A stretch of 64,000 bases of DNA. It comes from Mosigvirus mar005p1. Under the pieces are notes generated by a model. It worked only from the letters and a program-made list of their open reading frames with translations. It searched no databases and was not told the origin of the DNA. The position numbers were made by a program, and so were the translations under genes. Of the stretch, positions 18,550-27,990 are shown in pieces (within the stretch, counting starts at the first letter, position 1; each line of letters begins with the position of its first letter). The stretch lies in the sequence record OZ035759.1; one strand, written 5' to 3'.

Positions 18550-20219
18550 TGATGAGTGATATCGCCACCGATTGGACGATAGGAAACACCAGTTTCTTTA
18601 TCAGTTAGTACCCATTTACCAGGATTTTTTGTAATAAGAGTAGCCGTTACAGGTTCTGCTACGTCATAACTAATAGAGCCGTCCTGAAGTACACGGCCCA
18701 TGTTACGTAATTGCTTAGTCAGAAGTTCCATACCTTTATAATATGCGGCTACCGCTTTAAGTGGATTATTCTTGAAATAACCACCTAATGCAATCCAGAT
18801 AATTGCCACTGCCAAATGATGATACTCGTTAAACGAACTCATCTTTCCATATTTGTAAACTAATGGATTGATGTTAATAGTCACATTACAAGTTGTTTCA
18901 TCAATAGTAAACTGTCCCCAGGTCGGATTAGCGTTGAATTCATCATAACCTGAAACAGCGTAAAGCACTTTAGCTTCATCATACAATTTTGGTCCGTAAA
19001 TCTTGGTTTCACCAAAATATCCACGAGGGTCGATAAACTTGACTTCGCCATTATCAGTAATCATAGTATTACTGAAGTTAGGGTCACCATGAATAACAGA
19101 GTACTGTCCCTGAGAACGGTTATGATAACGAATAAGGTGTTCTAAAGCTTGTTTCAGCATTGGCTTCAGACGTCCAATCTTAGTGTAGTTCACATGTGTG
19201 ATTTTACCAAATGAATCAATCAGCGGTTGAATGCTTTCACAACGATCAATAACTTTCGTATAGAATTCTTTAGTGAAATCACGACGGACAGTTTCAGGAC
19301 TTACAAAATAAGTGTCTGTGCTGAATTTCAGTGCATCTAAAATTGCATCAACAATTTGTGGACGAGCAAGACTTGATTTGGATTTAATATATTCAAATGC
19401 CGGCTTACCTTTAATGCGTTCCATTTCAAAGTTATTTTCATTAACAGAAACTAACTGAGGAACTGAATCTGATTTCACTTTAAGATACCACGAAATCTCA
19501 TCTTTCTGAAGAGCTCGACCCTGTTCGGTTAATGCGAATTTAGTTACAGTTTCTTCGCCAATTTCAACTGCATTAAAACTACGATTAAGTTCACGAACTT
19601 CATGAGCCTTTTCAAGTTTAGGCATATCACCTAAATCAATTAGATTCATAAGCTCTGATTTATTGAATGCGCCACTGTAAAGGAATTCTACGAAATCACG
19701 TCCTTTGCAGTATTCATGAATTTCCTCATCAGTAGAACCCATGTAGAATTCCCAGTCTTTGAACTGATAAATTCCTACAACATTACCGCCTGTTGCACCT
19801 ACATTAGTGATATTTTCACCGTCGAAATTATATCGACATTCGTCACCCTTAACATAGATTGCGTTAACATTCCAAGACCATGAACCAAAATCGGGAATAA
19901 TATCACACCAGTTAACAATTACGTTATGGCCGTCTAAATCTTTGTGTAATTTGGCAAGAGCATAAGCAGAACCATACGCTTCATCAACTGTACGAATAGT
20001 CACATTGAACCCTTCTTGCTCACAATAAGCTCGAACAGTTTCAGCAAATTTTGAATGAACTACTACAATAATTTCATCTGCGCCAAGGTCAGAATAAATT
20101 GTATACAAATTGCTCAGAATAGTGTCTTGTTTATAGTTAACAAGCACCTTAGGAATATGATGCGTTATTGGATACAAACGAGTTGCCAGCCCAGCACCAA
20201 GAATAACAGCTTTTTTCAT
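18534..20219 (-). CDS. bifunctional sugar-1-phosphate nucleotidyltransferase / kinase-like phosphotransferase
   Basis: 561 aa; N-terminal ILGAGLATRL...PK.L (RmlA/GlmU-type NTase); C-terminal VIHGDPNFSNTMI (APH/choline-kinase-like). Confidence 0.65.
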   Translation of the reverse strand: MKKAVILGAGLATRLYPITHHIPKVLVNYKQDTILSNLYTIYSDLGADEIIVVVHSKFAETVRAYCEQEGFNVTIRTVDEAYGSAYALAKLHKDLDGHNVIVNWCDIIPDFGSWSWNVNAIYVKGDECRYNFDGENITNVGATGGNVVGIYQFKDWEFYMGSTDEEIHEYCKGRDFVEFLYSGAFNKSELMNLIDLGDMPKLEKAHEVRELNRSFNAVEIGEETVTKFALTEQGRALQKDEISWYLKVKSDSVPQLVSVNENNFEMERIKGKPAFEYIKSKSSLARPQIVDAILDALKFSTDTYFVSPETVRRDFTKEFYTKVIDRCESIQPLIDSFGKITHVNYTKIGRLKPMLKQALEHLIRYHNRSQGQYSVIHGDPNFSNTMITDNGEVKFIDPRGYFGETKIYGPKLYDEAKVLYAVSGYDEFNANPTWGQFTIDETTCNVTININPLVYKYGKMSSFNEYHHLAVAIIWIALGGYFKNNPLKAVAAYYKGMELLTKQLRNMGRVLQDGSISYDVAEPVTATLITKNPGKWVLTDKETGVSYRPIGGDITHQWERI

Positions 20220-20260
20220 GTTGAAGTCCTCGTTGGTAAGTAGGAGTATTGTACACTATT

Positions 20261-20404
20261 CTAGTTAAAGCATTCATACTTTGCTTGTAGTCCAATCATA
20301 ATCCATCCAATTACAAGTGTTGGAATCATTACTGGAGCCGTTAAGCTCCAGTAGATAGTCATGACAAGCATCAATAGTAAAAGTCCTATTGTTATTGCTT
20401 TCAT
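20261..20404 (-). CDS. small hydrophobic peptide (47 aa)
   Basis: ORF below track threshold; ATGA overlap with SIS gene stop; two TM-like segments. Confidence 0.3.
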   Translation of the reverse strand: MKAITIGLLLLMLVMTIYWSLTAPVMIPTLVIGWIMIGLQAKYECFN

Positions 20405-21036
20405 TGTTCGCCTCGTAACATGGCACCTAGTGCACCGCCTGGATGGAACTTAAGGAAATCATTAGAGGTAAATCCACGTTCAGACGAAAGGTTGATAGCG
20501 AACGTATCGATAAGCGCTAACAACAATGTAGTAGACATTGTCGGAGCTAAAGAGTTCTCGTCAACTTCTACCGCGATACCGGTACAGAACGTATAATCAA
20601 AAAGAGCTTCGTATTCTTGTGGAATGTCAGGGTTACAATGTAACAGAATCTGTTTAACCTGAGGACGAATCATACGAAGATGCTTAGCAACACCTATCAT
20701 TTCTTCAGTCTTACCAGAACGACTGATGTGAACTAATACATCATTAGGTGCAATAAATCCTGCGTCGCCATGAGAATAATGCCCAGTGTTCAAGTACATA
20801 CTCGGGATACCGAGTGAAGCAAATGTCTCAGAAGCTTTAGTTGCGATATTAGCGTTCTTACCAACACCTGTAATAATTACACGACTTTCATAATTACTCA
20901 GTCCAGGGCGACGAAGAGTTTCAAGAATAGCATTATATCGGGCCGGGTTTTGACTAATTACTTTAGCCATAGTGGCAAGAGATGAAGCTTGTTTTACGAT
21001 TGCGTCAATAGCGATAGTGATTGGTGTAGTTTTCAT
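20401..21036 (-). CDS. SIS-domain sugar-phosphate isomerase (arabinose-5-P/phosphoheptose isomerase-like)
   Basis: 211 aa; SIS motifs GVGKNANIA...VHISRSGKTEE. Confidence 0.7.
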   Translation of the reverse strand: MKTTPITIAIDAIVKQASSLATMAKVISQNPARYNAILETLRRPGLSNYESRVIITGVGKNANIATKASETFASLGIPSMYLNTGHYSHGDAGFIAPNDVLVHISRSGKTEEMIGVAKHLRMIRPQVKQILLHCNPDIPQEYEALFDYTFCTGIAVEVDENSLAPTMSTTLLLALIDTFAINLSSERGFTSNDFLKFHPGGALGAMLRGEQ

Positions 21037-21076
21037 ATTTCTCTCATTTAATTAGTTGGCCGTCCTTGGCATTATA

Positions 21077-23788
21077 TCAAAAATCAAACATATCGAACAG
21101 AGATGCTTTCTTCTCGTAATCGAGTTTCGCTGCTGATGTGAATCCTTCAAGTGGTTTAATAAATGTCTTCTCAAGGAGAACAGTGTAGTCCATCCAATGA
21201 AGTACGTCGTCTTTAATTAAATCTGTGATTTCAGTACCAGAAGGCCATGCGATACATTTATCACCGAACGGGTTTCCATCACGTAAAGGCAGAACGTATA
21301 CCTTTTCGCCTTCTACAACTTGTGGAGCATCAATATTACCTTTGATAGCTCGGTTATATGTTAGAATTCCACGAATATGGAATGGGCATTTAGGTCCTGG
21401 ATATCCACCTACATCATATTTAGCAATGTTATTCGCAGAAGATACCGACGCGATGCTAATATAATTCAATTGACGGAATTCTTTTTCAAACTCTTTAAAA
21501 TATTCTTGTAATGATTCTTCACCTTCTTGAAGCATACGACGAATACATTCTTTAAGAGCTTTCTGTACTGCTTTAGGGGTCGAAGATTTCTGAGTCTCTA
21601 GACCCATGATTTTGAGTTTAGGCTCAGCGTAACGAGTACCTTCCATATCCCACACGTTTAATGCATAACGTTTCTTACCAGTCCAGAATCCACCAATACC
21701 TTTAGAACCGAGCGGAGGACCAGCGATAGCTTCTCGGTCCATGAACATTAAGTGTTGTTTATTGTTCATGTATTCACACATTTCACGGAAACCTCTATCA
21801 ATAGCAGGTTCCATACGTTCACGTGCAAACTTATCTAAGAAGTCTACCCAATGGTTGGTATCACGGAATTTAGATTCACCAACCTTATCGATAATTTTAT
21901 CGGCGGATACGTAAATAGAGTCTGTATCACCATAAAGAACGAAAGCTTCACCTTCTGTACCACAAACTTCATTCAGATATTCATTAACTTTACGTTCAAT
22001 CCACTGTAAAGCCATTTGCCCGAATGTTGTGATTGCAGTAGCATTACGCAAATCGTAATAACGGAACCATACGTTACCAAGTGCACCATAAAGTGAGTTG
22101 ATAAGCAATTTACGGTTAATTTGGGCAGTCATACCTGCAACTTCAGTACGTTGAGCTCTGAACAACATTTCATTAAGAGATTTAGCAGACAACTTTTTAA
22201 TCTTTTCTTTAATCTCATCACTGAAGTCGAAACGATAATCAACATCTAATGGTTCATCAACAGAAAGATTAGGATTATGCAATGCCTCTTTAATTATTTC
22301 ACCATTACGTTGAGCTGCAAGCATGTAACCTTTATGTTCTTTACGTTGATTAAAGACCTTAGTGATTTCAGTTGGAACTACACCATCACGGTCTTTATAA
22401 TACATCATGCCGTTAGGAGAGCAACTGTACACATCTGAAGGACGTTCAGCGATTGCGTTAATATAATCATGCAGTGGAGCTACTTTAAACGTTCCTGCTA
22501 TTGTTTCTGGGCTAATATTCACTTGGCGAATAATACTTGGATACAGAGATGTGAGGTCGAAGCTCATCACATATTTGTATCGATTTGGAATAGGTTCCTT
22601 AACAAAAGCGCCAGGATAAGGTTGAACCGGATGAGAACGACCTTGTGGAATCACCTTGTTCTGCTCTTTAAGGCTATTAAAAATAATAGCATCCCATGTT
22701 TTAATTGGGCTAAACACAGATTGAATCTGTATCTTAGCATAATAACCCATGTCCAAACTCAAGTTGATGAACTGACGCTTAGCATCAATTTGCAATACAC
22801 GATACACGTCGATAATGTTATAAGAAATATATCGTTGGTGATTGCTTTCACGAAGCTTAGAAATAGGGCCGTCATATTTCAGTTTACCGACGTTCAATTC
22901 AAATTCTGAAATGTAATCCAGAGAATACGACGGTTGATTGGTAAAAGAGAATTTTTTGTAAAGGTCAATGTAATCAAGAACAGAGATACCGAACAATGTA
23001 ATGATTTCACGAGAACCATACATGTTTTCGATAACTTTAACACGAGTTTTACGATGTGGTGATAAACGTTTCGCAGTTGATTCGCCAAAAATATTCTTGA
23101 TTCGGTTATACACATATGGAATATCAAATGACTCAACGTTCCATCCAGTCAAAATGACAGGAGTTTTCTGTTGCCAGAAGTTGAGATATTCCATCAACAA
23201 TTCTTTTTCGTTATCGAACGGCATATAAATGATTTTATCGATAATTTCAGATGGAACTTCATCACCGCCTTGTTCTTGAAGCTTAGCAGCGATTTCAATA
23301 GACCATTCTTCTACATTACCATATGGAGAATTCAATAGATCAAATACGTAGAACCTGTCGTCAATTGAGTCATAATGGGTGATAGCATCAATCGGATGTT
23401 TTGCTTGTGACGGCTCAGGGAACCCATCCGGGGATGTTACTTCGATGTCGAAGTTAGCCACACGAATTTTTGTATGGTCGTATTTGATTTCATAGTTATA
23501 AGTGTCAGACAAATACGCCAATTTGAAATCGTCCATACCTAATGCTTCAAGACCGATATCTTCCATGCGTTTAATCCATTGGGAAGCATCACGCATATTA
23601 GCGAACAACTTACGAGTACACGGCTTACCGTAGATATCGAAATATTTCGTAGCCTGACTTTCTGGACAATGAGCAAACAGTGATGGTTTATATTCTACTT
23701 CACGAGTACGTTCACGGCCATTAGAATCGATGTAACGTTCAAAAATTGAATCACCAATCTGTTCAACCGTTAAGTAAAATTCTTTCAT
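21077..23788 (-). CDS. 43: DNA polymerase gp43 (family B)
   Basis: 903 aa; exo motif FDIEV, pol motifs SLYPS and YGDTDS; sequence matches RB69 gp43 from memory. Confidence 0.97.
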   Translation of the reverse strand: MKEFYLTVEQIGDSIFERYIDSNGRERTREVEYKPSLFAHCPESQATKYFDIYGKPCTRKLFANMRDASQWIKRMEDIGLEALGMDDFKLAYLSDTYNYEIKYDHTKIRVANFDIEVTSPDGFPEPSQAKHPIDAITHYDSIDDRFYVFDLLNSPYGNVEEWSIEIAAKLQEQGGDEVPSEIIDKIIYMPFDNEKELLMEYLNFWQQKTPVILTGWNVESFDIPYVYNRIKNIFGESTAKRLSPHRKTRVKVIENMYGSREIITLFGISVLDYIDLYKKFSFTNQPSYSLDYISEFELNVGKLKYDGPISKLRESNHQRYISYNIIDVYRVLQIDAKRQFINLSLDMGYYAKIQIQSVFSPIKTWDAIIFNSLKEQNKVIPQGRSHPVQPYPGAFVKEPIPNRYKYVMSFDLTSLYPSIIRQVNISPETIAGTFKVAPLHDYINAIAERPSDVYSCSPNGMMYYKDRDGVVPTEITKVFNQRKEHKGYMLAAQRNGEIIKEALHNPNLSVDEPLDVDYRFDFSDEIKEKIKKLSAKSLNEMLFRAQRTEVAGMTAQINRKLLINSLYGALGNVWFRYYDLRNATAITTFGQMALQWIERKVNEYLNEVCGTEGEAFVLYGDTDSIYVSADKIIDKVGESKFRDTNHWVDFLDKFARERMEPAIDRGFREMCEYMNNKQHLMFMDREAIAGPPLGSKGIGGFWTGKKRYALNVWDMEGTRYAEPKLKIMGLETQKSSTPKAVQKALKECIRRMLQEGEESLQEYFKEFEKEFRQLNYISIASVSSANNIAKYDVGGYPGPKCPFHIRGILTYNRAIKGNIDAPQVVEGEKVYVLPLRDGNPFGDKCIAWPSGTEITDLIKDDVLHWMDYTVLLEKTFIKPLEGFTSAAKLDYEKKASLFDMFDF

Positions 23789-23846
23789 TTAATTTCCTTT
23801 AGACGAGTTATTGTCTTTTGTTTGTTGATGAACTTATTATACTCCA

Positions 23847-23866
23847 AATGGGACCGAAGTCCCATT
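23847..23866 (-). promoter_or_regulatory. UUCG-tetraloop RNA hairpin between regA and gene 43 (possible stability or translational-control element)
   Basis: Minus strand AAUGGGAC-UUCG-GUCCCAUU, no U-run; followed by UGGAGUAUAAU and the gene 43 leader. Confidence 0.4.
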
Positions 23867-23869
23867 GCT

Positions 23870-24238
23870 TTAATTACCAATTGTATATTTTGCTTTCAAA
23901 GTCCAGTCATCTTTCTGTTTAAAAGAGATAACACGGAAGTTATTAGTCAGGCCAAACAGATCTTCACGAGCAGAGTCTTCAATAACAATCAAGCCCCAGT
24001 CTTCAAGCAACTGAGCAATCGAATCACGACGCTGATAGTCTTCACCATCAATATCAACCTGACGTCCATCCATACGCAACATTTCTTTAAAGTGGACAAT
24101 ATAGTACTTACCTTGCTTTTGGAGGATATGACAGGACTGATAAAGAACTTTATCCTTGTTATTAGCGATGCCCATACGGGTTAGAGTCTCTTTGACTTTC
24201 AGAAAATCTTCAGGGTTCTTCAATTTAATTTCAATCAT
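23870..24238 (-). CDS. regA: Translational repressor RegA
   Basis: Track ORF trimmed to MIEIKLKNPEDFLKVKETLTRMGIANNKDKVLYQSCHILQK..., colinear with T4 RegA (122 aa). Confidence 0.85.
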   Translation of the reverse strand: MIEIKLKNPEDFLKVKETLTRMGIANNKDKVLYQSCHILQKQGKYYIVHFKEMLRMDGRQVDIDGEDYQRRDSIAQLLEDWGLIVIEDSAREDLFGLTNNFRVISFKQKDDWTLKAKYTIGN

Positions 24239-24240
24239 TT

Positions 24241-24804
24241 TTACCATTCCAATGCTAATTTTTTAAATTGTTTTTGTTCTTTCACGTTTTTGGTAACTTC
24301 TTTGAGAAATTCATCAGTGACCATGGCCTTCAGTTCTTTAAGGACTATTGGCAACTTGTTATTTTTTTCAAGGAGCCGCTTATACTCGGTAGCATCATTC
24401 ATGTTGATTGTGTAATGTTTCATCAACAGTTTGATAACTAGTAACTCTGAAGTGTCTTCGACTAGTTTAGCCCATTTAGAGAATCGTCGACCACGCGGAA
24501 TTGCTGCCATCATATAGTTGAAGTGCGCTTCATCACTTAATTCAGAGCCGACTAAGTTCATCATGTAAACGGCTGGCATACATTCTGGGAACTGGGATAA
24601 TGAGTTCTCAACCATAAATTTTGAGTAGTCGACCTGAGCAATTGACATAGATTTCTTTTCATTAATAGCATTAATGATTTTAAAGAATTCATTTTCAGGT
24701 TTTTCTTTAAACATATCAGCACATTTTTGAATCGCATCAGCGTCATTAGACTTCCATGCAATTTGGTGCTCGTTAAGCTGGACGTCATCATCGAATAAGT
24801 TCAT
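24241..24804 (-). CDS. 62: Clamp-loader subunit gp62
   Basis: 187 aa, same size and position as T4 gp62. Confidence 0.8.
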   Translation of the reverse strand: MNLFDDDVQLNEHQIAWKSNDADAIQKCADMFKEKPENEFFKIINAINEKKSMSIAQVDYSKFMVENSLSQFPECMPAVYMMNLVGSELSDEAHFNYMMAAIPRGRRFSKWAKLVEDTSELLVIKLLMKHYTINMNDATEYKRLLEKNNKLPIVLKELKAMVTDEFLKEVTKNVKEQKQFKKLALEW

Positions 24805-24805
24805 A

Positions 24806-25768
24806 TTATTTCCAAGTCAGTTCGCAGGTCAGTTGAAGAAGCATATACATAACATGTAATTCAATATTACTTGCTAGTCCATGAAACTTATTATTTTCGC
24901 CTGCAATTTCGTAAAGCGAAATAATACTTTTACCAGGTGCAACTTTGTCATAACACTCAGAAACTAATTTATCGATGAACCATGAATAATCAGCGGCGTA
25001 TTTTGGAGCTAATGCACGAAGCTGTTTGATATCTTTATTTTTCATTGCTTCTATGACATCATCTACCGTGCCACGATCATTGGTTACAATCGACAAAATA
25101 CCTGCATCAAGAACACCTTTAGACGAGTACTGGTCTAATTGACCAATTGTACGACGAAAGTCCGGGAAGTTCTTTTTAACAAGAGCTGCAACAACTTTCA
25201 TATCAGCGATTTCAATATTTTCGTTCTTACAGATTTCAACCATACGATGAATCATTTTCTTCATCATTGAGATTTTATCTTCTTCGGTTGGACGTCCGAA
25301 TTCGATAACTCGACAACGACTACGCAATGGTTCAATAATTCCATCGATGTTGTTGGCAGTAATAATAATAGAACAGTTACTAGAGAATTCTTCCATGAAT
25401 GTACGAAGGTGTCGTTGTGATTCAGCAAGGCCACTACGGTCAAATTCATCGATAACGATAACTTTCGGCCTGCCTTCCATTGAGACTGAACGAGCAAATG
25501 CAGTTAACGGGCCGCGTACAAAATCAATCTTACAATCAGAACCGTTGACAAACATCATTTCGGCATTGATATCATTACATAATGCTTTTGCTACGGTTGT
25601 TTTACCGGTACCAGGAGATGGAGAGTGTAAAATAATATGAGGAAGTTTTCCTTTAGATACTAAAGACTTGAATGTTTCATGGTCATACGCAGGCAGAATA
25701 CATTCGTCAATGGAAGAAGGACGATATTTCTGTTCTAGAATGTGTTCTTTGGAATTGATAGTAATCAT
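24806..25768 (-). CDS. 44: Clamp-loader ATPase gp44 (AAA+)
   Basis: 320 aa; Walker [11 protein letters not shown], Walker B VIVIDEFD. Confidence 0.9.
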   Translation of the reverse strand: MITINSKEHILEQKYRPSSIDECILPAYDHETFKSLVSKGKLPHIILHSPSPGTGKTTVAKALCNDINAEMMFVNGSDCKIDFVRGPLTAFARSVSMEGRPKVIVIDEFDRSGLAESQRHLRTFMEEFSSNCSIIITANNIDGIIEPLRSRCRVIEFGRPTEEDKISMMKKMIHRMVEICKNENIEIADMKVVAALVKKNFPDFRRTIGQLDQYSSKGVLDAGILSIVTNDRGTVDDVIEAMKNKDIKQLRALAPKYAADYSWFIDKLVSECYDKVAPGKSIISLYEIAGENNKFHGLASNIELHVMYMLLQLTCELTWK

Positions 25769-25843
25769 GTAATTTTCCTCATTATCATTAAACTGGAGGA
25801 TTTCTCCTCCATAATCGTACTACATTAAACGTAAAGCTTTGAC

Positions 25844-26530
25844 TTAGAAGTCGTGAGTAGAATCGGCTTCCATCGCAATAACATAACTTACTTGAGAGCT
25901 TTCAAACTTGGCTGCAACTTTATCACCAGCTCCCCACAACATTACTTTATAGTTACCTGGCTGGATTTTCATATTAGCCATATTGATTACGAAGTTAAAG
26001 TTGTTAGAACCATCATAATCGGTAAGAGTCAAAGAATACTTAGGACGAGTTAGTCCAGAATCTTCAACTTTATTATAGCCATTGATAACAATTTTACCAT
26101 CTTTATTTGTAATAGCAATTGTATCAATCTGAAGACCACGTGAAACTCGAAGCAATTGTTGAAGGTCTTCGGCTTTAATTTCAGTAATCACAGAAGCCAC
26201 TGGAAATTGAATTGGCTTATTAGGAAAAACAATGGTGCTCTTGTCAGCGGCAGGCCAATAAACTGTGGAACGTGTATCTGCAATTTTAATATTGCCATCA
26301 GTGTGCATTGAAATTTCAGCATCATCAGACACTAGACTCAAAATGCTTAAGAAGCTATTCAAATCATAAAGTGCTACGTCAAAATCAATTTCATCAGAGA
26401 TATTTGCTTCCGCATAAGTGGTGCCATTAACTGCACGAGTCATAATAAATTTACCTTGACTCAGCAGAATGCCGGAGTTAATAGAGGCAAAGTTTTTCAG
26501 AATAGCGATAGTATCTTTAGACAGTTTCAT
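25844..26530 (-). CDS. 45: Sliding clamp gp45
   Basis: Track ORF trimmed to MKLSKDT...; 228 aa colinear with T4 gp45. Confidence 0.88.
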   Translation of the reverse strand: MKLSKDTIAILKNFASINSGILLSQGKFIMTRAVNGTTYAEANISDEIDFDVALYDLNSFLSILSLVSDDAEISMHTDGNIKIADTRSTVYWPAADKSTIVFPNKPIQFPVASVITEIKAEDLQQLLRVSRGLQIDTIAITNKDGKIVINGYNKVEDSGLTRPKYSLTLTDYDGSNNFNFVINMANMKIQPGNYKVMLWGAGDKVAAKFESSQVSYVIAMEADSTHDF

Positions 26531-26572
26531 TTTATTTCCTTTCAAGACAATTCAAAGTTTATAACAAATTTA

Positions 26573-26989
26573 TTATGCAGCAACCATCTGCTTTTTAATA
26601 GCTTCAGGCAGTGATTCAATATATTCTGGAATTTTAGAAGCAACAATTTCGCCAGCTGCAATTAGTTGTTCGTCGGCATCAACACAGTAGAAATCTTCCA
26701 GACGCTCAGAACCGTCTTTATCAAGAACGATTTTTCCGCCAGCTTCAATAGAATCTTTATAGTGCTTACGCATCAGATGAATCCACATATCAGATACATC
26801 GTTATCAATAAAACCATAAATCATAAAACGAGTTTCTTGTGGCAAAGATTGGAGTTTTTTAGCACTTGCGTCATCACAATGCAGGACCCATGCTTTACGA
26901 ACACGATTATGGTTATGTGGGTTAGAGTCAGTACGGATAGAAGTAACTTTCAGATCAGCAGCAGTGAAACCTTTAGCAGTAGTAAACAT
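26573..26989 (-). CDS. rpbA: RpbA-like RNA polymerase-binding protein
   Basis: 138-aa ORF directly downstream of 45, as in T4. Confidence 0.5.
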   Translation of the reverse strand: MFTTAKGFTAADLKVTSIRTDSNPHNHNRVRKAWVLHCDDASAKKLQSLPQETRFMIYGFIDNDVSDMWIHLMRKHYKDSIEAGGKIVLDKDGSERLEDFYCVDADEQLIAAGEIVASKIPEYIESLPEAIKKQMVAA

Positions 26990-27001
26990 ATTATTTCTCT
27001 C

Positions 27002-27193
27002 TTATTCGTAGAAGTCGGTAACTGTCCATGCGGAATTGCGATTAGACATTATTTTATTATACTCATCTTTAAAAGCAGATTTGAGCATTTGTTCAGTAAC
27101 AATATGTTCTTCACCTGAAAACGTATTGGTCAAAACATATTTTTTAATTTCAGGGACAACAAGAAGATGTTGTCCGGTTGAATACTCCGCCAT
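27002..27193 (-). CDS. hypothetical protein (45.2 position)
   Basis: 63-aa ORF. Confidence 0.45.
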   Translation of the reverse strand: MAEYSTGQHLLVVPEIKKYVLTNTFSGEEHIVTEQMLKSAFKDEYNKIMSNRNSAWTVTDFYE

Positions 27194-27239
27194 TATAAAT
27201 CTCCATGATTAAAGCAATATAAATAGGTTTATCAATTTA

Positions 27240-27990
27240 TCTGTTGCTGTATCAAATAAGGATTTAGTAAATGAATTATAACTCAATATACGAAAAGCTT
27301 ATCACCAATGCTAAATCAAGAAGTTTAGATGGTTACACAGAACGTCATCACATTATACCACAATGTTTAGGTGGAAGTGATGATGCTTCAAACTTAGTAG
27401 ACTTAACACCAGAAGAACATTATTTGGCACATCAACTGTTGGTAAAAATCTATCCAGATAATGCCTCTTTAATATACGCTGCTCGTATGATGACCATATC
27501 ATCTCCTAAAGCAGATAGAAGCAAAAACAAATTATTTGGATGGCTTCGTCGTAAGAATCAAGAAGTTCAAAAGAACAAAGAATTCACGGCTGAAACCCGT
27601 AAGAAAATGTCCGAGTCTGCAAAAAATAAACCAAAGATTACCTGTCCACATTGTGGTTTAACTGGAACTGAAGGAAACATGCGTCGTTGGCATTTTGATA
27701 ATTGTAAACAAGGTCCAACGCCTAAAATAGTAAAATTATCTGATGATGAAAAACAGAGGATAAGTTCTAAACTTAAAACAATAGAGTGGAAACTCCACAC
27801 ATGTGTACACTGTGGTCTAGAAGGAAAAGCTTGCAATATAGTTCCTCATGAGAAAAACTGCAAACTTAATCCTAATAGAATAAAACCTAATGTAACAATA
27901 GTGGAATGTCCATACTGCTCTAAAAGTGGTTCTATATCAAATATGAAAAGATGGCATTTCGATAATTGTAAATATAAGCCTCATTAAGAG
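27240..27990 (+). mobile_element. free-standing homing-endonuclease gene insertion between 45.2 and 46
   Basis: Only sizeable plus-strand gene in a minus-strand operon; HNH family typical of T-even mob/seg elements. Confidence 0.5.
27271..27987 (+). CDS. HNH homing endonuclease with three C-terminal Cys/His zinc-finger-like repeats
   Basis: 238 aa on opposite strand; HNH motif ERHHIIPQCLGGSDDASNLVDLTPEEH; repeats CPHCG...GNMRRWHFDNCK (x3); converges on gene 46. Confidence 0.8.
   Translation: MNYNSIYEKLITNAKSRSLDGYTERHHIIPQCLGGSDDASNLVDLTPEEHYLAHQLLVKIYPDNASLIYAARMMTISSPKADRSKNKLFGWLRRKNQEVQKNKEFTAETRKKMSESAKNKPKITCPHCGLTGTEGNMRRWHFDNCKQGPTPKIVKLSDDEKQRISSKLKTIEWKLHTCVHCGLEGKACNIVPHEKNCKLNPNRIKPNVTIVECPYCSKSGSISNMKRWHFDNCKYKPH

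Noticed and set aside
22469-23228. ORFs 22469..22909 (+), 22894..23136 (-) and 23001..23228 (+) inside the polymerase gene
   Set aside because: Nested within or antisense to gp43, whose full-length frame is intact.
24561-25640. Nested ORFs 24561..24791, 25264..25497 and 25347..25640 within genes 62 and 44
   Set aside because: Alternative-frame artefacts inside conserved genes.
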